Shown: positions 1 through 12,649, counted from the first letter of the stretch. The stretch is DNA of 64,000 nt from Macrostomum lignano (GCA_002269645.1 NIVC01000583.1:186001-250000); one strand, 5' to 3'. Program-made: numbers and translations. The notes: generated by a model from the letters alone, not told the origin.

Positions 1-190
1 CCCATTCTCCTACTGATCCCATTCTCCCACTGATCCCATTCTCCCTACTGATCCCATTCTCCCACTGATCCCCATTCTCCCACTGATCCCATTCTCCCAC
101 TGATCCCCATTCTTCCACTGATCCCCATTCTCCCTACTGATTCCATTCTCCTACTGATCCCATTCTCCCACTGATCCCATTCTCCCACTT
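1..190. repeat. Minisatellite, ~17-18-bp unit (CCCATTCTCCCACTGAT)
   Basis: About 10 tandem copies visible at the window start; runs directly into the 10-bp array. Confidence 0.9.
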
Positions 191-199
191 ATTCCATTC

Positions 200-1563
200 T
201 CCCAACAGATCCCAACAGATCCCAACAGATCCGTACAGATCCTAACAGATCCCAACAGATCCTAACAGATCCCAACAGATCCCAACAGATCCTAACAGAT
301 CCCAACAGATCCCTACAGATCCGTACAGATCCCAGCAGATCCCAACAGATCCCAGCAGATTCCAACAGATCCCAACAGATCCCAACAGATTTTAACAGAT
401 CCTAACAAAACCTAACAGATCCCAACAGATCCCAACAGATCCTAACAGATCTCAAGAGATCCCAACAGATCCTAACAGATCTCAAGAGATCCCAACAGAT
501 CCTAACAGATCCCAACAGATCCTAACAGATCCCAACAGATCCCTACAGATCCGTACAGATCCCAGCAGATCCCAGCAGATCCCAACAGATCCCAACAGAT
601 CCCAACAGATCCCAACAGATCCTAACAGATCCCAACAGATCCCAACAGATCCTAACAGATCCCAACAGATCCTAACAGATCCCAACAGATCCCTACAGAT
701 CCGTACAGATCCCAGCAGATCCCAGCAGATCCCAACAGATCCCAGCAGATTCCAACAGATCCCAACAGATCCCAACAGATCCTAACAGATCCCAACAGAT
801 CCTAACAGATCCCAACAGATCCCTACAGATCCGTACAGATCCCAGCAGATCCCAGCAGATCCCAACAGATCCAAACAGATCCCAACAGATCCCAACAGAT
901 CCTAACAGATCCCAACAGATCCCAACAGATCCTAACAGATCCCAACAGATCCTAACAGATCCCAACAGATCCCTACAGATCCGTACAGATCCCAGCAGAT
1001 CCCAGCAGATCCCAACAGATCCCAGCAGATTCCAACAGATCCCAACAGATCCCAACAGATCCTAACAGATCCCAACAGATCCCAACAGATCCTAACAGAT
1101 CCCAACAGATCCCTACAGATCCGTACAGATCTCAGCAGATCCCAACAGATCCCTACAGATCCGTACAGATCCCAGCAGATCCCAGCAGATCCCAACAGAT
1201 CCAAACAGATCCTAACAGATCCCAACAGATCCTAACAGATCCTAACAGATCCCAACAGATCCTAACAGATCCCAACAGATCCTAACAGATCCCAACAGAT
1301 CTCTACAGATCCCAACAGAACCCAACAGATCCCTACAGATCCCAACAGAACCCAACAGATCCTAACAGATCCCAACAGATCCCAACAGATCCCTACAGAT
1401 CCCAACAGATCCTAACAGATCCCAACAGATCTCTACAGATCCCAACAGAACCCAACAGATCCTTACAGATCCCAACAGAACCCAACAGATCCTAACAGAT
1501 CCCAACAGATCCCAACAGATCCCTACAGATCCCAACAGATCCCAACAGATCCTAACAGATCAC
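200..1563. repeat. Minisatellite, 10-bp unit CCCAACAGAT with variants (CCTAACAGAT, CCCAGCAGAT, CCCTACAGAT, CCGTACAGAT)
   Basis: About 135 tandem units; explains the repetitive GSVGICWDLL ORFs; lies in the TRPA1-like intron upstream of exon 1656. Confidence 0.97.
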
Positions 1564-1655
1564 ATTAATCTCTATTCTGTCACTGATCCCAATTACCGCA
1601 CACTTGTAGAGCCCGTCCGTCCCAGTGATCGAATCCCCGCAACCCGATACCGCAG

Positions 1656-4600
1656 GCAAACGGTTCTCCACAAGGCCGCTTTCTTCGCCCAGCCGAGTCT
1701 GCTAGCCAACCTGCTGGAGCGGCCCGAGATGGCCCGCCGGTCCAGCCTCGACTGCCGGGACCGGGAGGGCAACACGCCGCTGATGCTGGCCAGCACGGAG
1801 AAGGACGACCCGGAGTGCGCCCGACTGCTGCTGGCCAAAGGCGCCAGCCCGCTGTGCACTGACGGTCAGGGCAGGACCGCTGTTTACCTGGCGACGCACT
1901 GGTGAATGCTGGGGAATATCATGATTTTCGATTTCTCGAGTCCTGAACAGCCTAGAATTTAACAAAGGATAGATGCAGATTCTTTTATTATTACTGTAAG
2001 TAGGCTAGTTAAAGAAATTTATACCACTTTTAATTCATACACGCCACTTTTGCTTATTTCTACTTATAGTAGTGCCGACTTGAAGTATTTAGATAAAGAA
2101 AATTGATTTTTTGGCTCAAAATTATCGATAGAAGTAATAAAAGTTTGTCTTGTACTTTTAGAAATTTTAGTAACTATTAGCTATAAACGTAACTATTAAC
2201 ATACAACTAGAGACGACCACTTGGCTCTTGTGTGCGAAGGTTTTCGTGCGATTCACAGCCACAGAGAGTGCACATGTCTAACGATTGATTTTTGAGAGGT
2301 GATTTTTATCCCATTTTGTGATTCTTTTCGAAACAAAATTCACTTTCGTACAATTTCCAATTACCCTACTATAAGTAGAAACTTAGGAACATGTTTTTTA
2401 CATAAAATTTCATTCAACTCGTTCAGGTACAACCGCCAGGTGCTGCAGGCGCTGCTTGACCACCCGGCCGTGCGGGACGCCCGCATCATTGATGAAAGCG
2501 ACGCTGCCAACAACTCCCCGCTGCACGTGGCCTGCAGGAACGGTAGGCCTGAGGAACCATTCCCAGATCCCCATCTCAGTTATCCCATTCCCAGATCCCC
2601 ATCTCAGTTATCCCATTCCCAGATCCCCATCTCAGTTATCCCATTCCCAGATCCCCATCTCAGTTATCCCATTCCCAGATCCCCATATCAGTTATCCCAT
2701 TCCCAGATCCCCATCTCAGTTATCCCATTCCCAGATCCCCATCTCAGTTATCCCATTCCCAGATCCCCATCTCAGTTATCCCATTCCCAGATCCCCATCT
2801 CAGTTATCCCATTCCCAGATCCCCATCTTAGTTATCCCATTCCCAGATCCCCATCTCAGTTATCCCATTCCCAGATCCCCATCTCAGTTATCCCATACGT
2901 AGATCTCAAATATTAATGTCTTAGATTTCAATCTCAATTGTCATATCATCGCAGATCCCTGTCATAATCATCCCAAATCGAAATCCTCATAGATTGTGGC
3001 CATCACCTGAAAATAAAAATCCTTATTTGTCCCTTTTTTCTTTGCATTATAAAAAGATAAGTTTATTTGTTTTAAGTGCACTGCTACTAACAGTAGGCGA
3101 GTAGTGTCTCTGGCAGCTAAAATCTGCGCGCGCCATGCACACTGCTCAGGACACGTGGACATCGTGGAGCTGCTATTGGAGAACGGCGCCGATGCCGAGG
3201 CGAAAAACGAGGACGAAGAGACCCCAATGCATCTGGCCGCCCAGGCTGGCCACCTGCAGGTTGTTCGCCGACTTCTCAAAATCAACCTTTCGCTGGCCTT
3301 CGACGAGGACGAGGATTCGAACACGCCGATGCACATGGCGGCTCTGGCCGGACAGGCTCGCATCTGCCAGCTGCTCATCGAGGAGGGCAAGGCGGACGTG
3401 AACGCCAGGAACAGCCGCGGCTGGACTGCGCTGGACTGCGCCGCCTCCAAGGGCTTCACCAATGTTTGTTAGGGGAATTCTCCCCTCTCTGATTCTCTCT
3501 TCCCCTATTCTCCCCTCTCTGATTCTCCCCTCCCCGATTCTCCCCTCCCCGATTCCCCTCTCCCCAATTCTCCCCTCTCTGATTCTTCCTTCCCCGATTC
3601 TCCCCTCCCCGATTCTCCCTCCCTGGTTCTCCTCTCTCCGATTCTCCCGTCCCCGATTCTCCCCTCCCCGATTCTAACCCTCTCTGATTCTCCCCTCCCC
3701 GATTCTCCCGTCCCCGATTCTCCCCTCCCCGATTCTCCCGTCCCCGATTCTCTCCTCCCCGATTCTCCCTCCCCGATTCTCCCCTCCCCGATTCTCCCGC
3801 CCCCGATTCTCTCCTCCCCGATTCTCCCGCCCCCGATTCTCTCCTCCCCGATTCTCCCTCCCCGATTCTCCCCTCCCCGATTCTCCCGTCCCCGATTCTC
3901 TCCTCCCCGATTCTCCCGCCCCCGATTCTCTCCTCCCCGATTCTCCCTCCCCGATTCTCCCCTCCCTGATTCTTCCCTCCCCGATTCTAACCCTCTCTGA
4001 TTCTCCCCTCCCCGATTCTCCCCTCCCTGATTCCCCTCTCCCCGATTTTCCCCTCCCCGATTCTCCATCCCGGATTCTCCTCTCCCTGATCCCCCTCTTT
4101 CCAGATCCCCTCTTGCCATTTCTCCCCTCCTTTCTCAAATCCCAATTTCACCCCTCTGCCAAAGCACCACACAAAACTCCCTACCTTCGCTACGCCGCCC
4201 AGGTCGCCAGAACCCTGCTGGAGAACGACTCGCCCACGGACCCGGCGGACAAGTCGAACGTCACGCCGCTGTTTCTGGCCTGCCAGGGCGGCCACGTTGA
4301 CATGGTTCGCCTGCTGCTGCGCCGCGGCGCCCGAGCTGCAACCCGAATCAAGTATTCGAATCCCGAGAGCCCGCTGCACAACTGCAACTGCTTGGACGCC
4401 GCCATCGACAACGGGCACAAGAAGGTGGCGCTCACCCTGCTCAGCTCATCGCAGTGGAAGGAGGCGCTCAGGAATGAGACTATTGGGGAGAAGGTTGGTA
4501 ACCCGTGCCATCACTCCCGATCTTCAGTGTCACTCCCGATCTTCAGTGTCACTACCGATCTTCAGTGTCACTCCCGATCCTCAGTGTCACTCCCGATCTT

Positions 4601-7600
4601 CAGTGTCACTCCCGATCCTCAGTGTCACTCCCGATCTTCAGTGTCACTCCCAACCCTCGGTGTCACTCCCAACCCTCGGTGTCACTCCCTACCCTCGGTG
4701 TCACTCCCAACCCTCGGTGTCACTCTCAACCCTCGGTGTCACTCCCAACCCTCGGTGTCACTCCCAACCCTCGGTGTCACTCCCAACCCTCGGTGTCACT
4801 CCCAACCCTCGGTGTCACTCCCTACCCTCGGTGTCACTCCCAACCCTCGGTGTCACTCTCAACCCTCGGTGTCACTCCCAACCCTCGGTGTCACTCCCAA
4901 CCCTCGGTGTCACTCCCTACCCTCGGTGTCACTCCCAACCCTCGGTGTCACTCCCAACCCTCGGTGTCACTCCCAACCCTCGGTGTCACTCCCTACCCTC
5001 GGTGTCACTCCCAACCCTCGGTGTCACTCCCAACCCTCGGTGTCACTCCCTACCCTCGGTGTCACTCCCAACCCTCGGTGTCACTCCCAACCCTCGGTGT
5101 CACTCCCAACCCTCGGTGTCACTCCCAACCCTCGGTGTCACTCCCTACCCTCGGTGTCACTCCCAACCCTCGGTGTCACTCCCAACCCTCGGTGTCACTC
5201 CCAACCCTCGGTGTCACTCCCAACCCTCGGTGTCACTCCCAACCCTCGGTGTCACTCCCTACCCTCGGTGTCACTCCCAACCCTCGGTGTAATTCCCGAT
5301 CCTTCAGCCACTTTTTCGTATCCTCACTGCGCTTCCTCAAGCGAAGGCATGCGGATTTCGCCACTCCAGGGCCAGAAAGATACGCCGCTTCGCAAGCTGA
5401 TTCGCAAGATGCCGACCATTGCTGAGCGCGTGTTCGACAAATGCGTGGAGATCAACAAGGAGCGCCGGGCCCCGGAGGACCCGGACTATCGGGTGGCCTT
5501 CAACTACGAGTTCTTGGACGACTCCTACATCCGCTGGAGCGGCACTCGCGGCGGCGTTGGCGGCGGTTGCGGCAGCAAGTCGGACGATTCCGGCTCGGAA
5601 GGCGCCTCTGATCATTCGGAGTGCAGCGCCAGCGACATTTACGACTCGTCCGGGCGGCTGAAAGACTCGGCCAACGTCGCAGCAACTGTCGGCGGGGCCG
5701 TCCGCGATTCGTTGAAGAATCACCCGCTGATGGTGATGGTGAAGTGAGCAATCGCATCCACATCCGCATCCACAACCACAGCATCCACATCCACATCCGC
5801 ATCCACAGCATCCACATCCGCATCCACATCCGCATCCACAGCATCCACATCCGCCTCCACATCTACATCCGCATCCACAGCATCCACATCCGCATCCACA
5901 TCCACATCCGCATCCATAGAATCCCATCCGCATCCCATCCGCATCCGCATTAACATCCGCATCCACATCCGCATCCACATCCGCATCCACATCCACATCC
6001 GCATCCACAGCATCCACAGCATCCACATCTGCATACACATCCGCATCCACATCCGCATCTGCGTCCGCATCCACATCCACATCCGCATCCGCATTCATAG
6101 AATCCCATCCGCATCCCATCCGCATCCGCATCCACATCCACATCCACATCCGCATCCGCATACACATCCGCATACACATCCACATCTGCATCCGCATCCA
6201 CTTCCCTTCAACAATGCAGGACCAAACGCGAGGACCTGCTGCTGCACCCGCTGGTGGCCGCTCTGCTGCGCCACAAGTGGACCGCATTCGGCCGCTGGGT
6301 TTACTACCTCAACCTGCTGCTATACGCTGTCTTCCTGACCGCATTCACCGTCTACATGCTGTGCACTCCACCAACGTACCGTTTCTACGGGCCCTACTAT
6401 CCCGAGTACAATGTCACTCCGCGGGCCGCGGACGAGTGCCAGCAGGTTCAGCGCGCTAATCCTGGCTTCAGGCAACACGAGGCGCCTGCGGTGGCGGTGT
6501 GGCTGATTGTGCCACTGGGGATTCTGTTCCTGCTCAAAGAGGTCAGCTCGTGCAATGCTCGTGCTCAGGGCTCAGTACAGTATTGGCGCGCTTGTATGTG
6601 CTCATTAAGAGTTTAAGATTGGTGATCAGTCACTCGAAAACTCCCACTTCCAGACCGCAAGTCTGGGAGCAGAATTCAGTGATCACTTACTGTTGTGGGT
6701 CTCCTCTGCTTCTAGGTCAGGTTCCAGTAGCGCGCAAGGTTCTCTTCTTGGATTCTGAAGTCGGCCGAGTTTGAGAGCACTTTGGTGAAAGTAACAATTT
6801 AATCTGTCGACACTAATGTATTTCTCAAGATCAGTAATCAGAATCAGAGATGCGCCCTAATAATAAAATCAATTCTATAATAATAACGAAGTCCTCCAGA
6901 AGGGCGTCTTCTTTTAGAAATAACGGAATCGGAGTCGTGCGCCCTTATCTGTTACTCTAGGGTACCAAAATCAATCAAAATCAATAATCGTCTTGTTTAT
7001 TGGTTTTGGCTCCTTTTGGTTTTGGCTTGATAATCGGCATCGTTTACTTTTTTGGGGTCGTGATTCGTTGTTTACGATATTTGGGGTAATATTGATTCAT
7101 CTTTGCGTTACAAATAGTATCATGATTCAAGCTTTAATTGTACTGCAATATTTGTGTTACTCTACTTACAGTAGCATTTTGTGAACGAATGAACCTTTAC
7201 ACTCAGAAGTCAGTGGAATGAGCAGAATTGTCTCAGCACTGGCTGTGTGGCGATTGCGCCGCCAGGACTCCCGCAGCCCTCCTGCGAATGTGTATTATTT
7301 GCATGTATATTTTGATTCCGACAAAAACTTTAACTACTCTGCACCGTATGAAACTAATCTCCAGGTCGGCCAGGTGTTTATGAATCGGTTGAAGTACCTG
7401 AACTTCGAGAACCTGATGGACTGGAGCATCTTCACTCTGGCCATTGTCACTGTTATTGACTTTAACGAGTGCCAGAGGGTCACCGGCATTCGCACGGTGA
7501 GGGCTGCAAGTTTTTTGTCAACCGTGAATGGATTAGGGTGCAGAGCAGATGGATTAGGGTGCAGAGTGAATGGATTAGGGTATACTGTAGAGTGAGTGGA

Positions 7601-10260
7601 TTAGGGTATACTGTAGAGTGAATGGATTAGGGTGTACTGTAGAGTGAATGGATTAGGGTGTACTGTAGAGTGAATGGATTAGGGTGTACTGTAGAGTGAA
7701 TGGATTAGGGTATACTGTAGAGTGAATGGATTAGGGTATACTGTAGAGTGAATGGATTAGGGTGTACTGTAGAGTGAATGGATTAGGGTATAGAGTGAAT
7801 GAATTAGAGTACAGATTGAATGGATTAGGGTGCAGAGAAAATAGATTAGGTTATAGAGTGAATGGATTAGGGTGCAGAGTGAATGAATTAGGGTACAGAG
7901 TGAATGGATTAGGGTATAGAGTGAATGGATTAGGGTGCAGAGAAAATAGATTAGGGTATAGAGTGAATGGATTAGGGTGCAGAGAAAATAGCTTAGGGTA
8001 TAGAGTGAATGGATTAGGGTGCAGAGTGAATGAATTAGGGTATAGAGTGCATGGATTAGGGTATAGAGTGAATGGATTAGGGTATAGAGTGAATGGATTA
8101 GGGTATAGAGTGAATGGGATTACGAACACAAAACTGTTGAATTAAGATAATATTCGAACGGAATAAGAAATATTGGCATTGAGCTACAAAGTCAACGGAT
8201 TGCGCTTTTATCTGTTTCACCTGTTGCTTCTTAAAGTTTTGCTTTAGTCTCAGTATGACTCAGCCAAGCCTTACTGCTCTTCAGTACTGGCAGTGGAACG
8301 TGGGCGCCATCGGCATTCTGGTAGCCTGGCTCAACCTGGTGCTGTTCATCCGCAAAATGCCCCGGTTCGGCATCTACGTTGTCATGTTCACTGACGTGTT
8401 CGCCACCTTCTCTCGCTTCTTCCTCGTGTTCTTCCTCTTCGTGGTGTCCTTCAGCTTAACCTTCTTTGTCCTGCTGCAGAACCAGATCGCTTTCAGCAGT
8501 ATGGCGAAGACGCTGCTAAAAACATCCGTGATGATGATTGGCGAGTTTGAGTACACGTCAATCTTTGATGAGCAGTTTAATCCGGATAATTTATACTCAC
8601 CTGATAGTCAGGTACGTTCAAGTGGGTTTGGTTGGGTTTTTAATAAGGTTTTTTTGCATGGTTAAGATTCTCTGTATGGCGTGCTTGTTAACCAAATTAG
8701 GACCCTAGATTCGGGGTGGTTGTAGCTATTAAGACCCTAGATTTTGAGTGGTTGTAGCTTAGTTAGGACCCTGGATTTTGGGGTTGGTTGTAGATTAAAT
8801 AAGACCCTGGATTTTGGGGTTGGTTGTAGATTAAAAAAGACCCTGGATTTTGGGGTTGGTTGCATATTAAATAAGACCCTGGATTCGGTGTGATTGTAGA
8901 TTAATTAGGACCCTGGATTTGGAGTTGGTTGTAGATTAATTAGGACCCTGGATTCGGTGTGATTGTAGAATAATTAGGACCCTGGATTTTGGGGTTGGTT
9001 GTAGATTAATAAGACCCCTAATGTGAAAGCGTTTTAGCCTACTAATTATGATAAAAACATTTTCAGGTATTCGACGACGCCTCATCGTACCTGGTGTTCG
9101 CATTTTTCATGGTGGTCATGAGCATCATCATCATGAATTTGCTAGTCGGCCTGGCTGTTGACGACATCAAAGCTGTGCAGGAGCAGGCGTCGCTAAAGCG
9201 GCTTGCTATGCAGGTGCAAATTTGTTCATATAAGACTTGACTTGGCTGTATTGCATTGAGTTCGGAATGGAAAATCTGTTGCAGGTACATCTAAACAATT
9301 TCAGGTTGAATTAGCCCTGGACGTTGAGTCAGTTCTACCTGCAAAAATTTCCCGTCGATTTGTTCTACGATCCGAGGATTATTATCCCAACCCGCATCGC
9401 ACATGTCAGCTAGGCTTCATCAACCGGCTGCTGTACCGGAAGTGGATGAGCCGGGAGGAGCTGAACGCCGCTCTCAATCCCGAGCTGGACGAGTGGGAGC
9501 GAATCTATCAGAAGCAGGACGAGATGGAGATCAGCATCGCATCGATGAAGACCAAAATGAAAGACTTTCGGGCCACGACTTACCGTATTGAGGCTATGCT
9601 GACGGTGAGCTGGGCTTGAATTCAGATATGAGGCTTTAAAATAGGATTCTCGAGTTGAGACAGCAGCCTAGGGGTAGGGGTTTGGGGTGTTGGTGCCGCG
9701 ATAACGGCCTAGGGGTAGGGGTTTGGGGTGTTGGTGCCGCGATAACGGCCTAGGGGTAGGGGTTTGGGGTGTTGGTGCCGCGATAACGGCCTAGGGGTAG
9801 GGGTTTGGGGTGTTGGTGCTGCGATAACGGCCTAGGAGTAGGGGTTTGGGGTGTTGGTGCCGTGATAACGGCCTAGGGGTAGGGGTTTGGGGTGTTGGTG
9901 CCGTGATAACGGCCTAGGAGTAGGGGTTTGGGGTGTTGGTGCCGTGATAACGGCCTAGGGGTAGGGGTTTGGGGTGTTGGTGCCGCGATAACGGCCTAGG
10001 GGTAGGGGTTTGGGGTGTTGGTGCCGTGATAACGGCCTAGGGGTAGCGGTTTGGGGTGTTGGTGCCCTCTGTCCTGGCCTAGGGATTTCGAGAGTGAGTT
10101 TGTGTTGAGATATCGTTTTTTTTTAATAAAATGACGCAAACTGCAGGCGGTGGTCCACAAGCTGGGCATCAACCAGGAGCTGGCGCACAGCCTCAACAAC
10201 GACCCGGGAGACGACAGCGCCGACGATAAAGAAATGGAAAAGCTGCTTGTTGAGCTCTAG
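1656..10260 (+). CDS. TRPA1: TRPA1-like ankyrin-repeat TRP cation channel, 5'-partial. Exons: 1656-1901, 2427-2542, 3150-3463, 4203-4493, 5370-5743, 6220-6541, 7365-7496, 8285-8611, 9067-9213, 9305-9604, 10147-10260
   Basis: All junctions are GT-AG and phase-consistent. Ankyrin repeats ([35 protein letters not shown]), linker [19 protein letters not shown], six-TM region with pore [11 protein letters not shown]-like helix [34 protein letters not shown], coiled-coil C-terminus ending EKLLVEL* (TAG 10258-10260). The N-terminus lies upstream of the window. Confidence 0.92.
2557..2897. repeat. Intronic minisatellite, 28-bp unit CCCATTCCCAGATCCCCATCTCAGTTAT
   Basis: About 12 near-identical copies in the TRPA1-like intron 2543-3149. 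Confidence 0.95.
3476..4130. repeat. Intronic minisatellite, ~15-bp C-rich unit CTCCCCTCCCCGATT
   Basis: Fills most of intron 3464-4202; source of the GESGR/RIGEG ORFs. Confidence 0.93.
4508..5310. repeat. Intronic minisatellite, 19-bp unit in two variant blocks (CACTCCCGATCTTCAGTGT, then CACTCCCAACCCTCGGTGT)
   Basis: About 41 copies filling intron 4494-5369. Confidence 0.95.
5754..6200. repeat. Intronic microsatellite (CATCCG/CATCCA)n
   Basis: Hexamer array filling intron 5744-6219; source of poly-DA/DV, MRMW and CG ORFs. Confidence 0.95.
7523..8117. repeat. Intronic minisatellite, 21-24-bp unit AGAGTGAATGGATTAGGGTAT(ACT)
   Basis: About 27 copies in intron 7497-8284; most units contain one TTAGGG. 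Confidence 0.93.
8700..9018. repeat. Intronic minisatellite, ~36-38-bp unit (AGGACCCTGGATTTTGGGGTTGGTTGTAGATTAATT)
   Basis: About 8 diverged copies in intron 8612-9066. Confidence 0.85.
9668..10070. repeat. Intronic minisatellite, 41-bp G-rich unit GGCCTAGGGGTAGGGGTTTGGGGTGTTGGTGCCGCGATAAC
   Basis: About 10 copies in the last TRPA1-like intron 9605-10146. Confidence 0.95.
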
Positions 10261-10773
10261 ATACTCAATTTGGGTTTTGATTTTTATTGCAATATTCTGC
10301 CTAATGCCTAATATTAATCAATAGTTAAGCGCCCTTAAGCTACTAATTTTCCTCATTCAATTTTCGCTGACTTGGCTCTGGCTTTATCTTAAGTGGAATG
10401 TTTTTCAACCTTGCATATTCTGGTCACAGTTTATTAGCAATTGTATCTTATAACTATTTGAAGTTTTTGTGTAGCCTAGACTTTGTTTTTATAATATTTA
10501 TTCACAATTGCTCATATTAATTCGTCCTACATGTACTTTATAGTTGCTTTAATAGCCTGTTTGTTGCAAGCTTCCAGAAAGTTTAGTTATAACTGACGTG
10601 TACACGCATGCAGTCTCTGCGCTGTTGTCGATTTTCGAATATTTTATCCTTTTTATTATTTACGCAGCGTTGCGTTGCACAAGTATACACGAATATCTTA
10701 TTTACATGTATACTGTTGGTGTCAAGCGTAATTAAGTCATATGCCTAAATCTAAATATACTACATCTCTAATA

Positions 10774-11030
10774 TTTGTTTGTCGGTATCTATCTACGATT
10801 TCAGAAAAAAACGGCTCAACCGATTTTCTTCAAGCTTGCACCATTCGATCAGAAATTTCGCATCCAAGAGAAGGAACCGATTGAAAGGGTTGGAAATAAA
10901 AGTCGGAGTCCATCGCCTTTGAATGCAGAGTGGACTTTCATTTATCAGTATCGAGCGCTTCATCTGACGGATTTCTTCGCGTTGAAACAAAATAATCAGT
11001 TATCAAAGTTGCTTTCAAAACCTCTTGGGC
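10774..11030. mobile_element. Possible DINE-1/HINE-like (Helentron-associated) non-autonomous fragment
   Basis: TTTGTTTGTC...AAACGGCTCAACCGATTTTCTTCAA resembles the conserved core of such elements; ends not resolved. Confidence 0.3.
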
Positions 11031-11083
11031 GCTCGATTTTGCAAGTTTCAGCAGCCATCTTCCATGCCATCATGCTGGTGCTG

Positions 11084-12114
11084 CTACAGAAGCAGCATCT
11101 CGATCTCCTTCAGCGAGTAGTAGTAGCCAAAAGTTTTCCTCCAAATGACTCCCTCTGCAAAAACACCTCCAATGGCTGCAGATGAGTTTTTGTACTCTCC
11201 ATTCAGGTGGGCGCAGTGACAGTTGCTGAACCACCAGGCTCCTTTGAACTTCGTTGCGCAGTTGCTAGCGGTGGTGTCGTAGTCGGCGTCCTTGGAGCTG
11301 AACTGCATGCCGCTGTGACCCGTGAGGCAGTCGCCAATGGCGGCGCTGCCCGAGAAGCCGGACACACTCAGCCGGTAGTTGTCGGACTCGGGACCCACGG
11401 AGAAGCTGGAGTACTCAGCCCAGTGCTCAGAGTCGTTCCACGCCTTCATCAGAATCCTCAGCTTCCGAGGACCAGAAGCAGTGAGGGCGTGGAGAGAGTT
11501 CAGGCCTGGGAAGATGCGGACATCATGGCGGTGTTTGTCATTGAAATCTGAGTCAGAAAAGGAAGCGAATGGAGCAGATCTGGGATGCACTCACCGATCC
11601 AGTAGTTTCCGTCGGGTCCCTCGCCGAACTCGCTCTGGTACTGAGTCCAGTTGCGGTAAAAGTCCACTGAGCCAGACACCCTGTGCTGCACGGTGGTCCA
11701 GCAGTCACTGTCGGTAGTCTGCAAGGTGACGCAGGTGTGCCAGCTTTTCTACTCTGCGTTAAGGCTGCCGTTACGCTTGACATGTCTAACAGTAACAGAG
11801 TGACTCACCCACACTCGCTGAGCTCCCTTGTTCGCATTGCGGCACTTCCTGCAGTGGCTCAGGCCCAGGCGGCACCTGAAGTGATCGCACAGGCCGAAGC
11901 TGGCGTTGAACGCCACCAGCTGCACAGTGGAGCCGCTGGCAGCTGCTGAGCACTCGATTTCGGACTCAGCGGAGAGCGACCTCACGGCCCCGTAGTCCGA
12001 GAGGCTCTCGTGGCCAAGAGACCACTTTCGCTCAACCGATGCGGCCTCGGGTGCAGGGGGCTGCATTGCCATCAGCAAAAGCAGAGCGGCATCGATCACT
12101 ATGTACTTTTTCAT
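11084..12114 (-). CDS. Secreted fibrinogen-related (FReD) protein with an N-terminal PAN/apple-like Cys region. Exons: 12114-11809, 11718-11595, 11505-11084
   Basis: Signal-peptide-like [17 protein letters not shown]. FReD motifs [72 protein letters not shown] junctions are in phase; stop TAG at 11084-11086. Confidence 0.9.
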
Positions 12115-12649
12115 CGTGTTTTCCTGGAATTCATTCGGTGACAATGTTTTACTATAGTTGGTTACTAACCAGTAAAAAACCAGATAGAGGTGAATGTTGA
12201 GCAGGGATTGCAGACCAGCTGTGTCTCGCTCACTCTCTCTAGGCTTATCTCAAGAACCGCCGCGCGACCCCAAATATTTTTGGGCTTCTTTTTAAAGCAA
12301 CGCCAGTCCTCACAGCATGACGTGAAGGCCCATAGCAACAAGCGATGGAGTCCTGGGATGAGGCAGTAGAAAACGCCTGCCTCAAGCTTGTCTTGCATCT
12401 TACCTGGAAACTCATGAAGAAAGAATCACTACAAAGTAATGTAATGAAATAATTGACAAGCTCTTGGATCTGTCAGTTAGGGTTCAAGGGCTACCAGGAA
12501 TATACTTATTAAAAAAAGATAAACATTTATACTCAAATCCACGTGGCTGACTGTTTGTTCAGGCACTTTAGCGCACCTGCGAGTGCGGTAGAAGAGGTTA
12601 AAGAGTTTTTACTTAAGTACTGTTTGCATCTTACACCTGTCAGTAACCG

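Noticed and set aside
482-1225. Long repetitive ORFs here and at 3505-4138, 4297-5425, 5337-6287, 7762-8145, 14502-15014, 17961-19164, 19642-20039, 29532-29874 and 58982-59967
   Set aside because: They are translations of stop-free minisatellites lying in introns or intergenic DNA; no independent coding evidence.
7523-8117. Telomeric or interstitial telomere sequence
   Set aside because: TTAGGG occurs once per 21-24-bp unit, never as tandem (TTAGGG)n.
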